A DNA stretch of 64,000 bases, from the NCBI GenBank assembly GCA_963799845.1, contig CAWCYI010000004.1, positions 768,001 to 832,000 of the forward strand. The letters run 5' to 3'. The translations under genes and the position numbers were made by a program. This DNA is from an uncultured Nitrososphaerota archaeon (GTDB taxonomy: Archaea; Thermoproteota; Nitrososphaeria; Nitrososphaerales; CADDZS01). Positions within the stretch are counted from its first letter, which is position 1. Each line of letters starts with the position of its first letter. The notes beneath the pieces were generated by a model. It had not been told where the DNA came from. It saw only the letters and a program-made list of their open reading frames with translations, and did no database searches. This document shows, in pieces, positions 31,261 through 41,300 of the stretch.

Positions 31261-31722
31261 AGCGTCGATATATAGAACTTCAAGATACTTGATTCTGAGA
31301 ATCTTGAGTTACCTTCGTTTGGATGTTTCAGACTCCTCGCTGCGGTAGCTAAGGCTGTCCGAGGAGCTTGACGGTCTTTACCTGTGCTATGCGAACTGAT
31401 TCAGGATTCCCTGCTTTATAGAAAGGAACCTTAATCTCTTCGTAAAGAAGCGTAAAATTCTATTGTGTAATCTCTTATTTCTATTGAGAATCAACCTATT
31501 TCCTGCATTCATCTAATTTTTCACTTTTCCCAATTAGTATCGAACGCTCATCCTTGAAAAACCTTTACACGCCCTGATGTAATTTGGTTGCACAGTCTGA
31601 CAAAAAAAATCCTGATAGAAATAATAGAATTCGGTGGTCTGAAATCTAGCTCCGATATTAGGTTGCTGAAATCCATCGTCGATATAAAGAACGGCAATTT
31701 AGTCTTTACAGAAACTTTCTAT

Positions 31723-32050
31723 TTGTCGGTAGTAGTTCACGACTCTCATTCTCATGAGGACATCCTACAATGCGTAGACGCTGGGATTGATGTTTTTGGG
31801 ACTACGGTAAAAAATGTGATCTATTATCGCTTTGAGACTGTATTCAATTTGAAGAGGACTGACATCGTGAGAAAGCCCGAAGCCTTTTCTGAATGCTTAA
31901 GGAGTTTCTTTGGCGAAAGGGCATTTCACGTAGAAGCTGCAATCGTCAGCTGCGATTATTGGAAAACTCCATTTGACGGAAGTTAATTTGTCCGATAGTT
32001 CAGTCCGCGCTATTGTCGAAGCAAGAAAGCTCGTATGGTCGGAAAAATAA
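31723..32050 (+). CDS. DUF3227/NitrOD5-like small protein; one-base frameshift at ~31947
   Basis: VFG..VKNVIYY.FE....L...DI..KPE.F...L...FG.....VE..I; continues AAIIGKLHL...VWSEK* in the shifted frame. Confidence 0.65.
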
Positions 32051-32081
32051 AACATCGAAATTGAGAGGTGAAAAGTAAAGC

Positions 32082-32483
32082 ATGATAGGTATAGTTCAAC
32101 TGATAACAGCAATTGCAGCAGTTTCAACCCTTGTAATCGGGACAATCGTGGTCTGGATCTTGATGGGTTACTACTCAGTAAGAATCCTCAGAAGCTTCAA
32201 GGGTGGGTTGTTGAGCAACGGCTGGAAATACATCTGCATTGCCGTGCCATTCCTAATCTTCGGACAATTGGCGACTAGCATGAGCGGCTCGGATTCAATC
32301 TCTGTGACCCTGGAGCAAACTTTCAAAGTCCTTGGCGCATCTCTTTCCCTGATAGGAGGCATCATGATCGTCATAGGGTTTAGGTCGCAGTACAGAATAT
32401 GGAATCCGAAGGGAATGAAATCTGCTCCAACTACTGCTGAGCAAGAACCAGTTTCCCAACAGGTAGTGGCCAAGACTACCTGA
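32082..32483 (+). CDS. Three-TM membrane protein
   Basis: GYYSVRILRSFKGGLL..GWKYI...; resembles 7614-8039. Confidence 0.75.
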   Translation: MIGIVQLITAIAAVSTLVIGTIVVWILMGYYSVRILRSFKGGLLSNGWKYICIAVPFLIFGQLATSMSGSDSISVTLEQTFKVLGASLSLIGGIMIVIGFRSQYRIWNPKGMKSAPTTAEQEPVSQQVVAKTT

Positions 32484-32667
32484 CGGACTAGACTCAAAAT
32501 GTCAGGACGGTCCCGCAGTTGATGCCTGACCGACCCTTCTACTACCACCCCCTTCCTTTGTACACACATGGGAACTAGTATAAAAAAGGTGAAAATATGT
32601 GCTCTAAAAATTTATGTGCCTGTCGTTCGACGCGGGAGTCCTAACCTGTTGAAAGGATTTGCGAAAT

Positions 32668-33102
32668 CTAATGATTCAATTTTTCGACAGCAGCCTTCGG
32701 CTCTATTCTCTTAATCCTCGGAATCCGATCGTAAATAGAGTCGGTTGAAATAATCGTGTGATCGGGATCTGCGAGGAGACAGGAAGCTGCATGGTACGCA
32801 TCGAACACGGAGGCAATGTCGTAAGTCGCAATCAGAGACAGCGCGAGAAGATCTGTGTCAGTCGTAGTTGACGGCCACTCAATGTTTTTGATACGTGTGA
32901 GGGCTCCGATTCTAGATAGTGCCTCCTGCGGGGTGCTCCCACTTCTATCCAATAGATAATAGAGTTCGTGCAGCGATTCTCTGCAGGTATAGACGGTTCC
33001 AAATTTTCCATTCTGAACCGCGCGGAGGAATTCTTCAGCAGTTTCTTTGAGCCAGTCCTTTTCCTTAATGTGGGCAAACAATATGTCGGTTTCTATGAGC
33101 AT
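32668..33102 (-). CDS. vapC: PIN-domain toxin (VapC family)
   Basis: LIETDIL, ESLHEL, FDAYHAA, IISTD..YD. Confidence 0.85.
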   Translation of the reverse strand: MLIETDILFAHIKEKDWLKETAEEFLRAVQNGKFGTVYTCRESLHELYYLLDRSGSTPQEALSRIGALTRIKNIEWPSTTTDTDLLALSLIATYDIASVFDAYHAASCLLADPDHTIISTDSIYDRIPRIKRIEPKAAVEKLNH

Positions 33103-33138
33103 GCTGATTGCGAACTCCAAAAGAGAGGGTCGTTTTCG

Positions 33139-33402
33139 CTAAATCTGTTTTCTACGTCTCGCTCCAGAAACAGCGTCCCTTGCGGCATTTTCCTCCGCCA
33201 GAGCTCCCAATTTGCCGTTTCTCTCTCTGGCTTTCATCCATCCGCCAGAGGTGGAGAGAGGATCCGGCGGTATGGGTATTCCCAGAAAATACGAATCCAC
33301 GTCAATTATTACAACTGTGCTCCCTGGCTCGGCAATTTCCCTGGAAAGCTTTATTCTCCCCCGATCATCAACTTTTGATATCTGTGCCACTTTCTTCCCC
33401 AA
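33139..33402 (-). CDS. AbrB/MazE-like antitoxin
   Basis: KVDDRGRIKL; directly upstream of the PIN gene. Confidence 0.75.
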   Translation of the reverse strand: MGKKVAQISKVDDRGRIKLSREIAEPGSTVVIIDVDSYFLGIPIPPDPLSTSGGWMKARERNGKLGALAEENAARDAVSGARRRKQI

Positions 33403-33597
33403 TTATGAGAATTATCCCCGAGGTAAATATCTTTCTCCGTGGAGGAGATACCGTTCTAGACGACCTCCGCCCTGAAATGAGCCTGAGGCCGGAATAATGG
33501 TTAGAAGCTGCATTGAACTCGGCGTTTCGAGGTTAATATTGCCAGAAGAGCTTGAAGCGAGTTGTTTCAATCAGACAGAGATCATTCTTGACTTTGC

Positions 33598-34017
33598 TCA
33601 GCCGATGAAAATAACTCCCTCAAGTCCCTTGAAATGTGGGTCTCCGCTAATGACTTGCGCTCTACGCGACCGGCCTGTGGCATAGACGACCGAATCTGCG
33701 ATGGGCCAGTTTCTGATCCTCTTCTTCATGAGAAAATCAATCTGTCCTGCTTCCAAGCTCAATGCCATGTCAAGCGGCACAACTTGTGATACCGATTCGA
33801 TGAACGCAAAGTGTTTCTGCATTTCTTGTTCACTCCTCCTACCTGCTTCAATCTCTCTCAAGTACCATTTTCTGAGTTCGACGATGACAATTGATGGGGT
33901 AAAAGAATGGCCGCCGTCGATGTACTCCTTTGAAATCTTTCCCGACTTGGAACCGATCAAATACTCTACCCAGGCATAAGTGTCGATTACGAATTCGCCA
34001 CTAGAGCTTGTGTTCAA
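33598..34017 (-). CDS. vapC: PIN-domain toxin (VapC family)
   Basis: VIDTYAWVEY, TPSIVIVEL, IADSVVYA, SGDPHF. Confidence 0.9.
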   Translation of the reverse strand: MNTSSSGEFVIDTYAWVEYLIGSKSGKISKEYIDGGHSFTPSIVIVELRKWYLREIEAGRRSEQEMQKHFAFIESVSQVVPLDMALSLEAGQIDFLMKKRIRNWPIADSVVYATGRSRRAQVISGDPHFKGLEGVIFIG

Positions 34018-34198
34018 GCTCCAGTTCCCGCCTGAACGGCCTCGATCCTTTGCAGGATCCAAATAGTGATTCCGGCATCCGGGACTCTTTCTTTGCCAAT
34101 TTTCCTATGACCTCGTCATAGCTTTTAAGTCCCATTTCATTTTTGAGCTTCTCTAATAGACGTCGCGTTTCGTTGCTTATCTGAACTGTCGTGGACAT
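34001..34198 (-). CDS. VapB-type (RHH-like) antitoxin
   Basis: MSTTVQISNETRRLLEKLK....SYDEVI...SLFG; overlaps the toxin start. Confidence 0.8.
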   Translation of the reverse strand: MSTTVQISNETRRLLEKLKNEMGLKSYDEVIGKLAKKESRMPESLFGSCKGSRPFRRELELEHKL

Positions 34199-34495
34199 TG
34201 CTATAGACCTATAGTTATAGGCTTATAACGATTATTCCTCGGGCCCTAGAACCTGGCTCCACACTTCTCAAAATCAGAGGTACGGATCTCAAAGGATCAT
34301 CGTCTATTGTCGTGTGAATCTGGAATTCCTCGGTGATACATCTCTAATAGCATCTTTTCACGGGTAGTGTCAGATGATTAAGTTGACTTTTCTTGGAAGG
34401 TTCCAGATGTCTGAGAAGCTCGTCCCGTCGCCGAAGAAGGAAAATGGCTGTGTCTTTACTCCGCTTGAAATCTGACAATTTGATTTGAGGCTTGT

Positions 34496-34531
34496 AAAGG
34501 ATCGAAAAACAGAAAAGGATCGAAAAACAGA
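34496..34531. repeat. Perfect 18-bp tandem duplication (aaaggatcgaaaaacaga x2)
   Basis: Read directly from sequence. Confidence 0.85.
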
Positions 34532-34566
34532 AAGGCCTTTATCGGAGATGTAGTCTAACAAATGAT

Positions 34567-34839
34567 ATGATGTCCGAAAAGCAAAGTGGAGACAGCGGAT
34601 GTCTGAATCCGCAGAGAGTTATTTCGGGTAGCAAAGACGAAATGGCAAAGATGTTTGGAACGCATGATTGGGACGTCGACTCCGGGAAGCCTTATGGCGA
34701 GGGCGGAGTGGTCATTCACTATAGCTGCAAAAGATGCAATGCTGAAGGATACTCACTTGTGACTACAAAGGACTCGCCGACTTCCAAAATGATCGAGAGA
34801 AGAATCTTGAACCCGTTCATGGAATCGACACGTCTCTGA
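34567..34839 (+). CDS. Small putative zinc-binding protein C-x20-HDW-x18-CxxC
   Basis: GCLNP...THDW...SCKRC; homolog at 29007-29226. Confidence 0.65.
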   Translation: MMSEKQSGDSGCLNPQRVISGSKDEMAKMFGTHDWDVDSGKPYGEGGVVIHYSCKRCNAEGYSLVTTKDSPTSKMIERRILNPFMESTRL

Positions 34840-34960
34840 GATTGAATCCTCCCAAGCACCGCGTCTGAACTTAGCTTCCAGACAATTACCTGCCGTCGAC
34901 GTTTCTAGTAAACAGAATGTATTTTGTCTTGATTACAATATGTAAAATATCGAATGGGCA

Positions 34961-35191
34961 TTGTCGGAAGTCGTAAGTGTAAGAATAAAGAAAGAGACGA
35001 AAGATACGCTCGAACGCAATGGAGTGAATATCCCGAATGCAGTCCGCAGTTATCTCGAGGAACTTTCCTTGAAGGTTCAGAGTCGTAAAAAGGCAAATGA
35101 ACTTCATCAATTGATTGAGAATAAGGTCAGGCCTTCAAGGAAAGGATCTGCGGTATCAAGCGTGAGAGAGGACAGGGATCGTGAGCACTGA
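34961..35191 (+). CDS. VapB/RHH antitoxin; cognate toxin truncated
   Basis: MSEVVSVRIKKETK..LE..GVN....VR.YLEEL...SVREDRDREH overlapping a GTG-STEFFD stub. Confidence 0.8.
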   Translation: MSEVVSVRIKKETKDTLERNGVNIPNAVRSYLEELSLKVQSRKKANELHQLIENKVRPSRKGSAVSSVREDRDREH

Positions 35192-35385
35192 ATTTTTTGA
35201 CATTCTTTCCCCATCGACCGAGAAATCAGAGAATGGAAGCTTTAGATGATATTGCCAGTAAAAGCAAAATCACGGAGAAGGACACATTGGAGTTAGGCGA
35301 CGCCTTGAAAAGAGATCTCGCTGCACGATACAAGATTGCCATGAGGAGAAGGCATGGCAGTTGAAACTAGTGGTCGATTCAATGG
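35181..35385 (+). pseudogene. TA debris: PIN N-terminal stub, antitoxin C-terminal half (35233-35364), second PIN stub MKLVVDS (from 35361)
   Basis: MEALDDIASKSKITEKDTLELG..LKR stop overlaps TTG-KLVVDS, the usual antitoxin-toxin junction. Confidence 0.6.
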
Positions 35386-35392
35386 GGGCGAA

Positions 35393-36785
35393 TTATGACG
35401 ATGCGAAATATATCTGGGAAGTTGTTCCACTGGTGTACGCCCAGGCCGCGTAGCAGTTAGTGCCGAAGCTGGATAGGGCAAACAGCGTTATGTCGTAGTT
35501 TCCCGCAGCTACTCCCTTTGCGTTGTTGCTGATGTTAATCGGCGAGCTCCATGTAGCCCCGCTGTTCCCGCTGTATGAAATATATGCATGCGATACCGAA
35601 CTTGATCCCACCGCTTGACCCCACAGCAGGAAAACGTTGACTCCGTCAGAGGTGAAAAGGTGGCCGTAAGCCGCTCCCCGGGTTGAAAGAGCCGCATTTG
35701 CTTCTACAGGCGTGCTCCAAGTCGGACTGTTGGAAGCGACATTGGTCGCCGATGTAACGTACACCGCTCCGTTGGCAAGAGAGCGAAACGTCGTGAAAAT
35801 GTTCGTCCCGAATGCAACGTTTTGCGGTTCCCAAGTGTCCTCCTTCAAGTTCCCGCTCAAGATCTGTACTGGTCCCCAGGTCTTCCCGCCGTCCGTGCTC
35901 GTCACTCCGCCGTCTACGTAACGAACACCCGGTGATGTGCTGTTAGCCTCCCACGTCACAAAAACAAGATTTCCACTGGCCGCAACCCACGGCTCGCGTC
36001 CTTCATTGGGAAATGGTGAGTTGAATACGATAGTCGGCGCGCTCCAAGTTAATCCATTGTCGTAGCTTGCTTCAAAGTACACTCCATCTGCCGTAACGTA
36101 GGCATTACTTCCAGAGGCAACTATCTCTTGCTCTCCGCGCGACGACGGATTGAGCTGGATAGGAGCACCCCATGTCGCGCCGTTGTTATTACTGACGCTT
36201 ACTGCAATGCATCCGCCTCCCGCGTTCGAAGAACACCCGGTAGTCTGGAACCAAGTCATGTACAAGTTTGACCCAGATGCTGCGACAGCAGGAGTAATTC
36301 CTCCCTCGGGTACTAACTTGAGTTGTCTTGAAGCTGACTCCGTTGTTTGTACTTACGGCCGCAAAGATTTGTAATCCGGTAGATCCGACGGCCTGCGCCC
36401 ACGAGATTAGGACAGTACCGCCCGCAACGGATTGATTTTGAGTAAACATGACGGGAAATTGTGTGGTGTGCCCAGGATTGCTGATCTTCAGTGCGGCCGA
36501 AGTAAGGGGTGGAACCCAAATCTTACCGCCATCGGAGCTTGCCCTGAAAAACAAACCGCCGCTACCTTCGGTCCAAGCAACATACACGTTGTCTCCGTTG
36601 CTGGAAACGGCCGGCTCGGTTGCTTTTCCGGAATCGTGGCTCAGGTTAACTGCACTGCCGAACACCGGCGTTCCTGCCGCATAGGTAGTTGGAACAGCGA
36701 CAGACGGTACAACGAGCAAAACGAAGCAAGACAAGACGGCCGCGATAATGCAAATCTGACGATTCATGAATTGAAACGTTCTCAT
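35393..36785 (-). CDS. Secreted BNR/Asp-box (sialidase-like propeller) protein; one-base frameshift at ~36309
   Basis: Signal peptide; repeated S.D/N.G.TW boxes, each with VAASG..VYV.W blades; two ORFs join at VST/EGGITPAV. Confidence 0.8.
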
Positions 36786-36839
36786 ATTTTCTCCCAGCGA
36801 CTCCTGCGAAAGAAAATTGTCGGAAGTATTTACGCATTA

Positions 36840-37071
36840 ATGAAGAATAGGTAGGGAAGAGATCTTTGTAATTTTAAGGTGAAGAAATCATCTGATTTTC
36901 ATGTAATAGACAAAGGAACTCCCAAACACTTCCTCAGAACCGATCGGACAAGGAAGCTCAGTCCAGAGATTTGGAGCCGCTAGTTCCGCCCGAATTGAAC
37001 CTTTCCATCCGCGCAGGCGTGACGGCAAACATTCGAAACAGAATATTTGCATCGATGAACGTGAGCGACAT
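36840..37071 (-). pseudogene. Decayed VapC/PIN toxin
   Basis: MSLTFIDANILF start just after the antitoxin, stop after 37 codons; downstream extent uncertain. Confidence 0.6.
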
Positions 37072-37077
37072 GGTCGT

Positions 37078-37353
37078 TTATTTCCACTGATTCCTTATCT
37101 TTAGTTCTAATTCTCTCGGCTTCATGCGCTCGTACTCCTTCGATAACAGGGACGAGGCCATAAGTATGGAATCCCCCCTCTTGACAATAGAATGAGACAT
37201 TGAACGCTGTGCCCTGAGATTTTGAGTTCCGAGTCTTATCGCTTCTCCGAGACAATCCGTCTCGCTCTTGAAATCGAGTTCCTTGGAGAGGTCTTTCAAC
37301 TCGTCTTTGAGACCCTTGTCGATAGTAGTCCAGACCTTCACGGTTCGAGGCAT
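37078..37353 (-). CDS. RHH/CopG-type antitoxin
   Basis: KVWTTIDKGLK.EL..L..ELDFKSE.D...EAIRLG; precedes the PIN remnant. Confidence 0.7.
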   Translation of the reverse strand: MPRTVKVWTTIDKGLKDELKDLSKELDFKSETDCLGEAIRLGTQNLRAQRSMSHSIVKRGDSILMASSLLSKEYERMKPRELELKIRNQWK

Positions 37354-37802
37354 TTTTTCACTTTGACAAAAGTTGACAAATGGCAACTTCTAAAGCTTGC
37401 CAATGCAAACTTAACATGTCGTCATAGGCCAAATTTCATTGAGAGCGAGAGAATGATTACCCAGCGCAATGGCACGGTTGTCAGATAATTTAGACTGTAG
37501 TTCTTCTGGTACTGCGAGATAAGATGCTTTCATCGCTCCCGGATGAATTTCCAATTATTGAAGCGTTAACTTATTCCATCAATTCTATTGGTCGTAGATC
37601 GTCAGAGTATTATCAGAGGACCCTAGCCTAAGTCAAGGATTATTAGATTTCATTTCTCATTTGTAACAAAAGAAAAATTGTGCCATTATTGTGCGACTAT
37701 CGTGCTAGGAAATGGACGCTCGAGTCATCGTTACTCCATCGGATAATGCGGTAGGTCACCTTGTAGGAAAATGGTAAAGTAAGGCCTAATGTTAGTAAGA
37801 GT

Positions 37803-38033
37803 GTGAGTAAGTTGTTCCAGGTACGAATCAAACGGAAGGGACAGGTGACTATCCCTTCAGTGCTCAGGTCAAAACTTGGCATGGAGGAGGGAGCGCTCCT
37901 CGAAATCAAAGAAGAACAGGGCGCAATCGTGCTTCGGCTCACTCCTCGGTTGAAGGGTGGAAAGGTGGTCGGCGAAAAAGAGCATGCCCAAATCATCCGT
38001 GAACTCGATGAGTTGCGGAGAGACTGGCGTTGA
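37803..38033 (+). CDS. AbrB/MazE/SpoVT family antitoxin
   Basis: RIKRKGQVTIPSVLRSKLGMEEG..L. Confidence 0.9.
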   Translation: MSKLFQVRIKRKGQVTIPSVLRSKLGMEEGALLEIKEEQGAIVLRLTPRLKGGKVVGEKEHAQIIRELDELRRDWR

Positions 38034-38270
38034 CGGGCGTTGCCAACACACGGTTATTGCTTACGTTGGAGTTTCCATCCACTGAGGAGACCAAAAAACG
38101 GTTGATTTAGTCAAAAAAAGATTGTAAAGCATCTACTTGCTTCCACAATCAGTCTGGCTGAATTCATCCAGATAGCAGGGGTGAGGATGGGTGAGGTAGC
38201 TGGGTGGGTCGATTAGGGCACGCCCACCTTTGACGAAGGAATCAAACTGTCGGGGATCATATTCTGAGCT
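38030..38270 (+). pseudogene. Decayed VapC/PIN toxin
   Basis: TTG overlapping the antitoxin stop, MTGVANTRLLL (first catalytic Asp replaced by Asn), then stops/frameshifts; LLASTISLAEFI remnant. Confidence 0.6.
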
Positions 38271-38330
38271 TCGACAATCCTCATCAATCCGAGATATATG
38301 CTCTAAACAGTTTTTCGGAGTTTCACTTAC

Positions 38331-41300
38331 CTAATGGCGCGTGTAGGTCGGTTTTATCGTAGTCGCACCGGTTACAGTACCAGAAGTGGTACCCGATGCT
38401 GTCCACGTGTGGCTGCCCGAGTGAATGGAGGAGGGAACCGACCAGGTCGTCCCAGCATCGAGCCAGTAACCTGTGGGCGTTGTGGTTAGACTTTCGTGGA
38501 CTGTGTGTCCGAATTGCGTGCCCGTGAGCACCACCGAGCCGACCGGGGGAGTCCCGCCCGAGCTTGTAAAGCTCGCCGTGACGAGATACTGGTGGTAGTA
38601 CACGAACTTCATGCTCGCGCCTGGGGTGAGGTTTATTCCGCTAGTAGCTTGACTGGTATCCCACCTCTGAGACGACGAGCCTACGATTGGGTTTGTCACG
38701 CTCCATGAAGAGCGTCCATCAAACCAGTAGGCAGTAGATGTTGTAGTCAAAACTACCCCTGTTGGGAGGCCATATTGATTCGTGGTGAACTTCGGGGCTG
38801 TCGGTGAGCCGCCTCCGACAATTGAGTAGGATAGAGTTACCCTGAACTGTTCCCAGTAAGTTGTGGTGAATGCCGTGCAGGTACCTGAGGCGCACGTGGT
38901 TGTCTTGATTGAGCCAGCGCCACCCGCGAAGACGTATCGGTGAGTAGATCCCGCGTTTGGTGCAGTTATCGTTATGGTGCACCCGCCGTTCGCAGTTACA
39001 GTAACGGCTTTACCGTTGCCCGATATTGATGTCGGTGATACGCCGCAGCCCGAGAGTGTAAACGTAGCAGTAGTTATGCCGGCACCTGGATTGCCCAGTT
39101 TGAGGGTTATCGACAACGTGACCTTCGTACTTCCCGTAACTGTCAGTGAGAAGGTTCCGGAGCTCGATGAGTGACTAGAGTCACCAGGATATTTCGCCGT
39201 AATTGTCTGGGTTCCGGATGCGCTTGGAGTGTAGGTGACCGAACATGCCGCTACTCCCGTCGAAACTTGGCTCAGAGTGCAAGTCGTTGAACCGAAGGTA
39301 CCGGAGCCTGAGGAAGAGAATGTCACCGTTCCGGTTGGTGTGATTAGAGTCCCTGACCCTGTGTCGGTTACCGTTACTTTGCACGTGACTGGAGAACTTA
39401 CCGTGGTCGATGATGGAGTGCAAGTCACCGTTACCGAGGTGGTCCGAAGAGTAGCGCTCTGAACGACAACGGTAGCTGTATTGGATGTAACATGAGCTCC
39501 CGTCACGTCAGTGACGATCAGCTCGAAGGTCCATGTGCCCGTTATGGTCGAACTGGAAGTTGTGAACGAATAGGTTGGAGAGTTCGCTCCAGAGATTGAA
39601 GAGAAAGTACCTGGACCCGGGAGCTTCCTCATACCACTGGTACGTGTAAGGCGAGGTTCCAGTTGTGACTGCAGTTGATGACAACGTTGATGTCGTGCCC
39701 TGAGTCACGGTGCCAGGAGACGAGGAAACTGTGGGGGCGACTAGGGCAGGATTGACCGTGACTGTAAGTGCACTGGAAGCTGTGCCGTCCACAGAATCTG
39801 AAACCTCGATGCAATAACTGGTAGTTGTGGACAAGGCAGCGGTTGTGTAGATGTCGGAAGATCCGGTCTGCATGATGGTGCCGGTGCACCCTCCGTCGTA
39901 GAAAGTGTAGGAGTAAGCATCAGAACCGCCCGTTGCCGTGGCCGTTATTGTTGAGGTCTGTCCAGAGTCAATCGTCGAAGGCGATGCAGAAACTGAGACT
40001 GACAGAGCAGAGTTAACTGTGACGGTCACCGTGGTTTGGGCAGTACCACCAAGCGAGTCTGTTGCCTTGATGCAGTAAGTCGTGGTAGTTGACAACGCAG
40101 CCGTTGTGTACTGGTCTGATGAAGAACTCTGCAATGCGGTGCCACTACAGGTAGCAGCGTAGAAAGCATAGGTATAGCCGCCTGATCCTCCGGATGCTGT
40201 GGCAGTAATTGTTGATGTCTGTCCGGAATCGATGGCAGTTGGAGAGGCTGAAGCTGTCAATGAAAATGCACCGTTGACAGTTACTGTGACTGTCGTCTGA
40301 GTGGTACCTCCCAGAGAGTCGGTAACGGTGATGCAGAATGTGGTGGTCGTAGATAATGCAGAAGTTGTATAGACATTGGAGGAGCCGCTCTGTAGTGGGC
40401 TACCACTGCAGGTCGAGGCGTAGAAAGCGTATGTGGTATAGGTACCTGATCCTCCTGTTGCCGTAGCAGTAATCTTCGATGTCTGTCCAGAGTCGATTGG
40501 GGAGGGCGAAGCTGAAGCAGAAAGCGACAGTGCAGGGTTGACGGTGACGGTGACCGTGGTGGGATCTGTGCCTTCAAGGGAGTCGGTCACCATGACACAG
40601 TAAGTCGTCGTAGAGGTCAGGGAGCCTGTCAAGTAGGTGTTAGACGATGTGGATTGAAGCGGGGTACCAGTGCAACTGGTGCCGAAGTAGAACGCATATG
40701 TGTAGCCGCCCGAACCACCCGACGCTGTAGCAGTAAGTGTGGAAGTCTTGCCGCTGTCAATGATGGATGGAGAAGCCGAAGCTGAGAGTGACAGAGCTCC
40801 GTTGATTGTTACTGTTACGGTCGTGGAAGCCGTGCCGCCTAATGAATCGGTGACCTCTACGCAATAGGTCGTTGTAGAGGAGAGATCAGGAGTAGAATAG
40901 GTGTTGGATGCGCCTGTCTGCAAAGTGGTGGTGCAGTCCATGAAGACGTATGTTGTGTAACTGCCGGAGCCGCCAGTTGCAGTCGCCGTGATGGTAGAGG
41001 TCTGGCCGCTGTCAATCATGGACGGTGAAGCAGAAGCTGAAAGTGTCAGTGCACCGTTTACTGTGACACTTGAAGAATTGGAAGTGGCCGTGCCGCCGTT
41101 CGAGTCTGTCACGGTGACAGAGACGGAGTAGGGGCCCGGAGTGGTGGATGTCACGGTGCATGTAAGCGAGGAGGATGTGCAGCCAGAGGCTACTGTCAAT
41201 CCGGAGGGGACTGACCAGGCGTAGCTATTACCACCGGAGCCACCGGAAGTGGTGATCGTGAACAGTGCACTGGTGACACCGTCAGCGTCGATCGCTGCAG

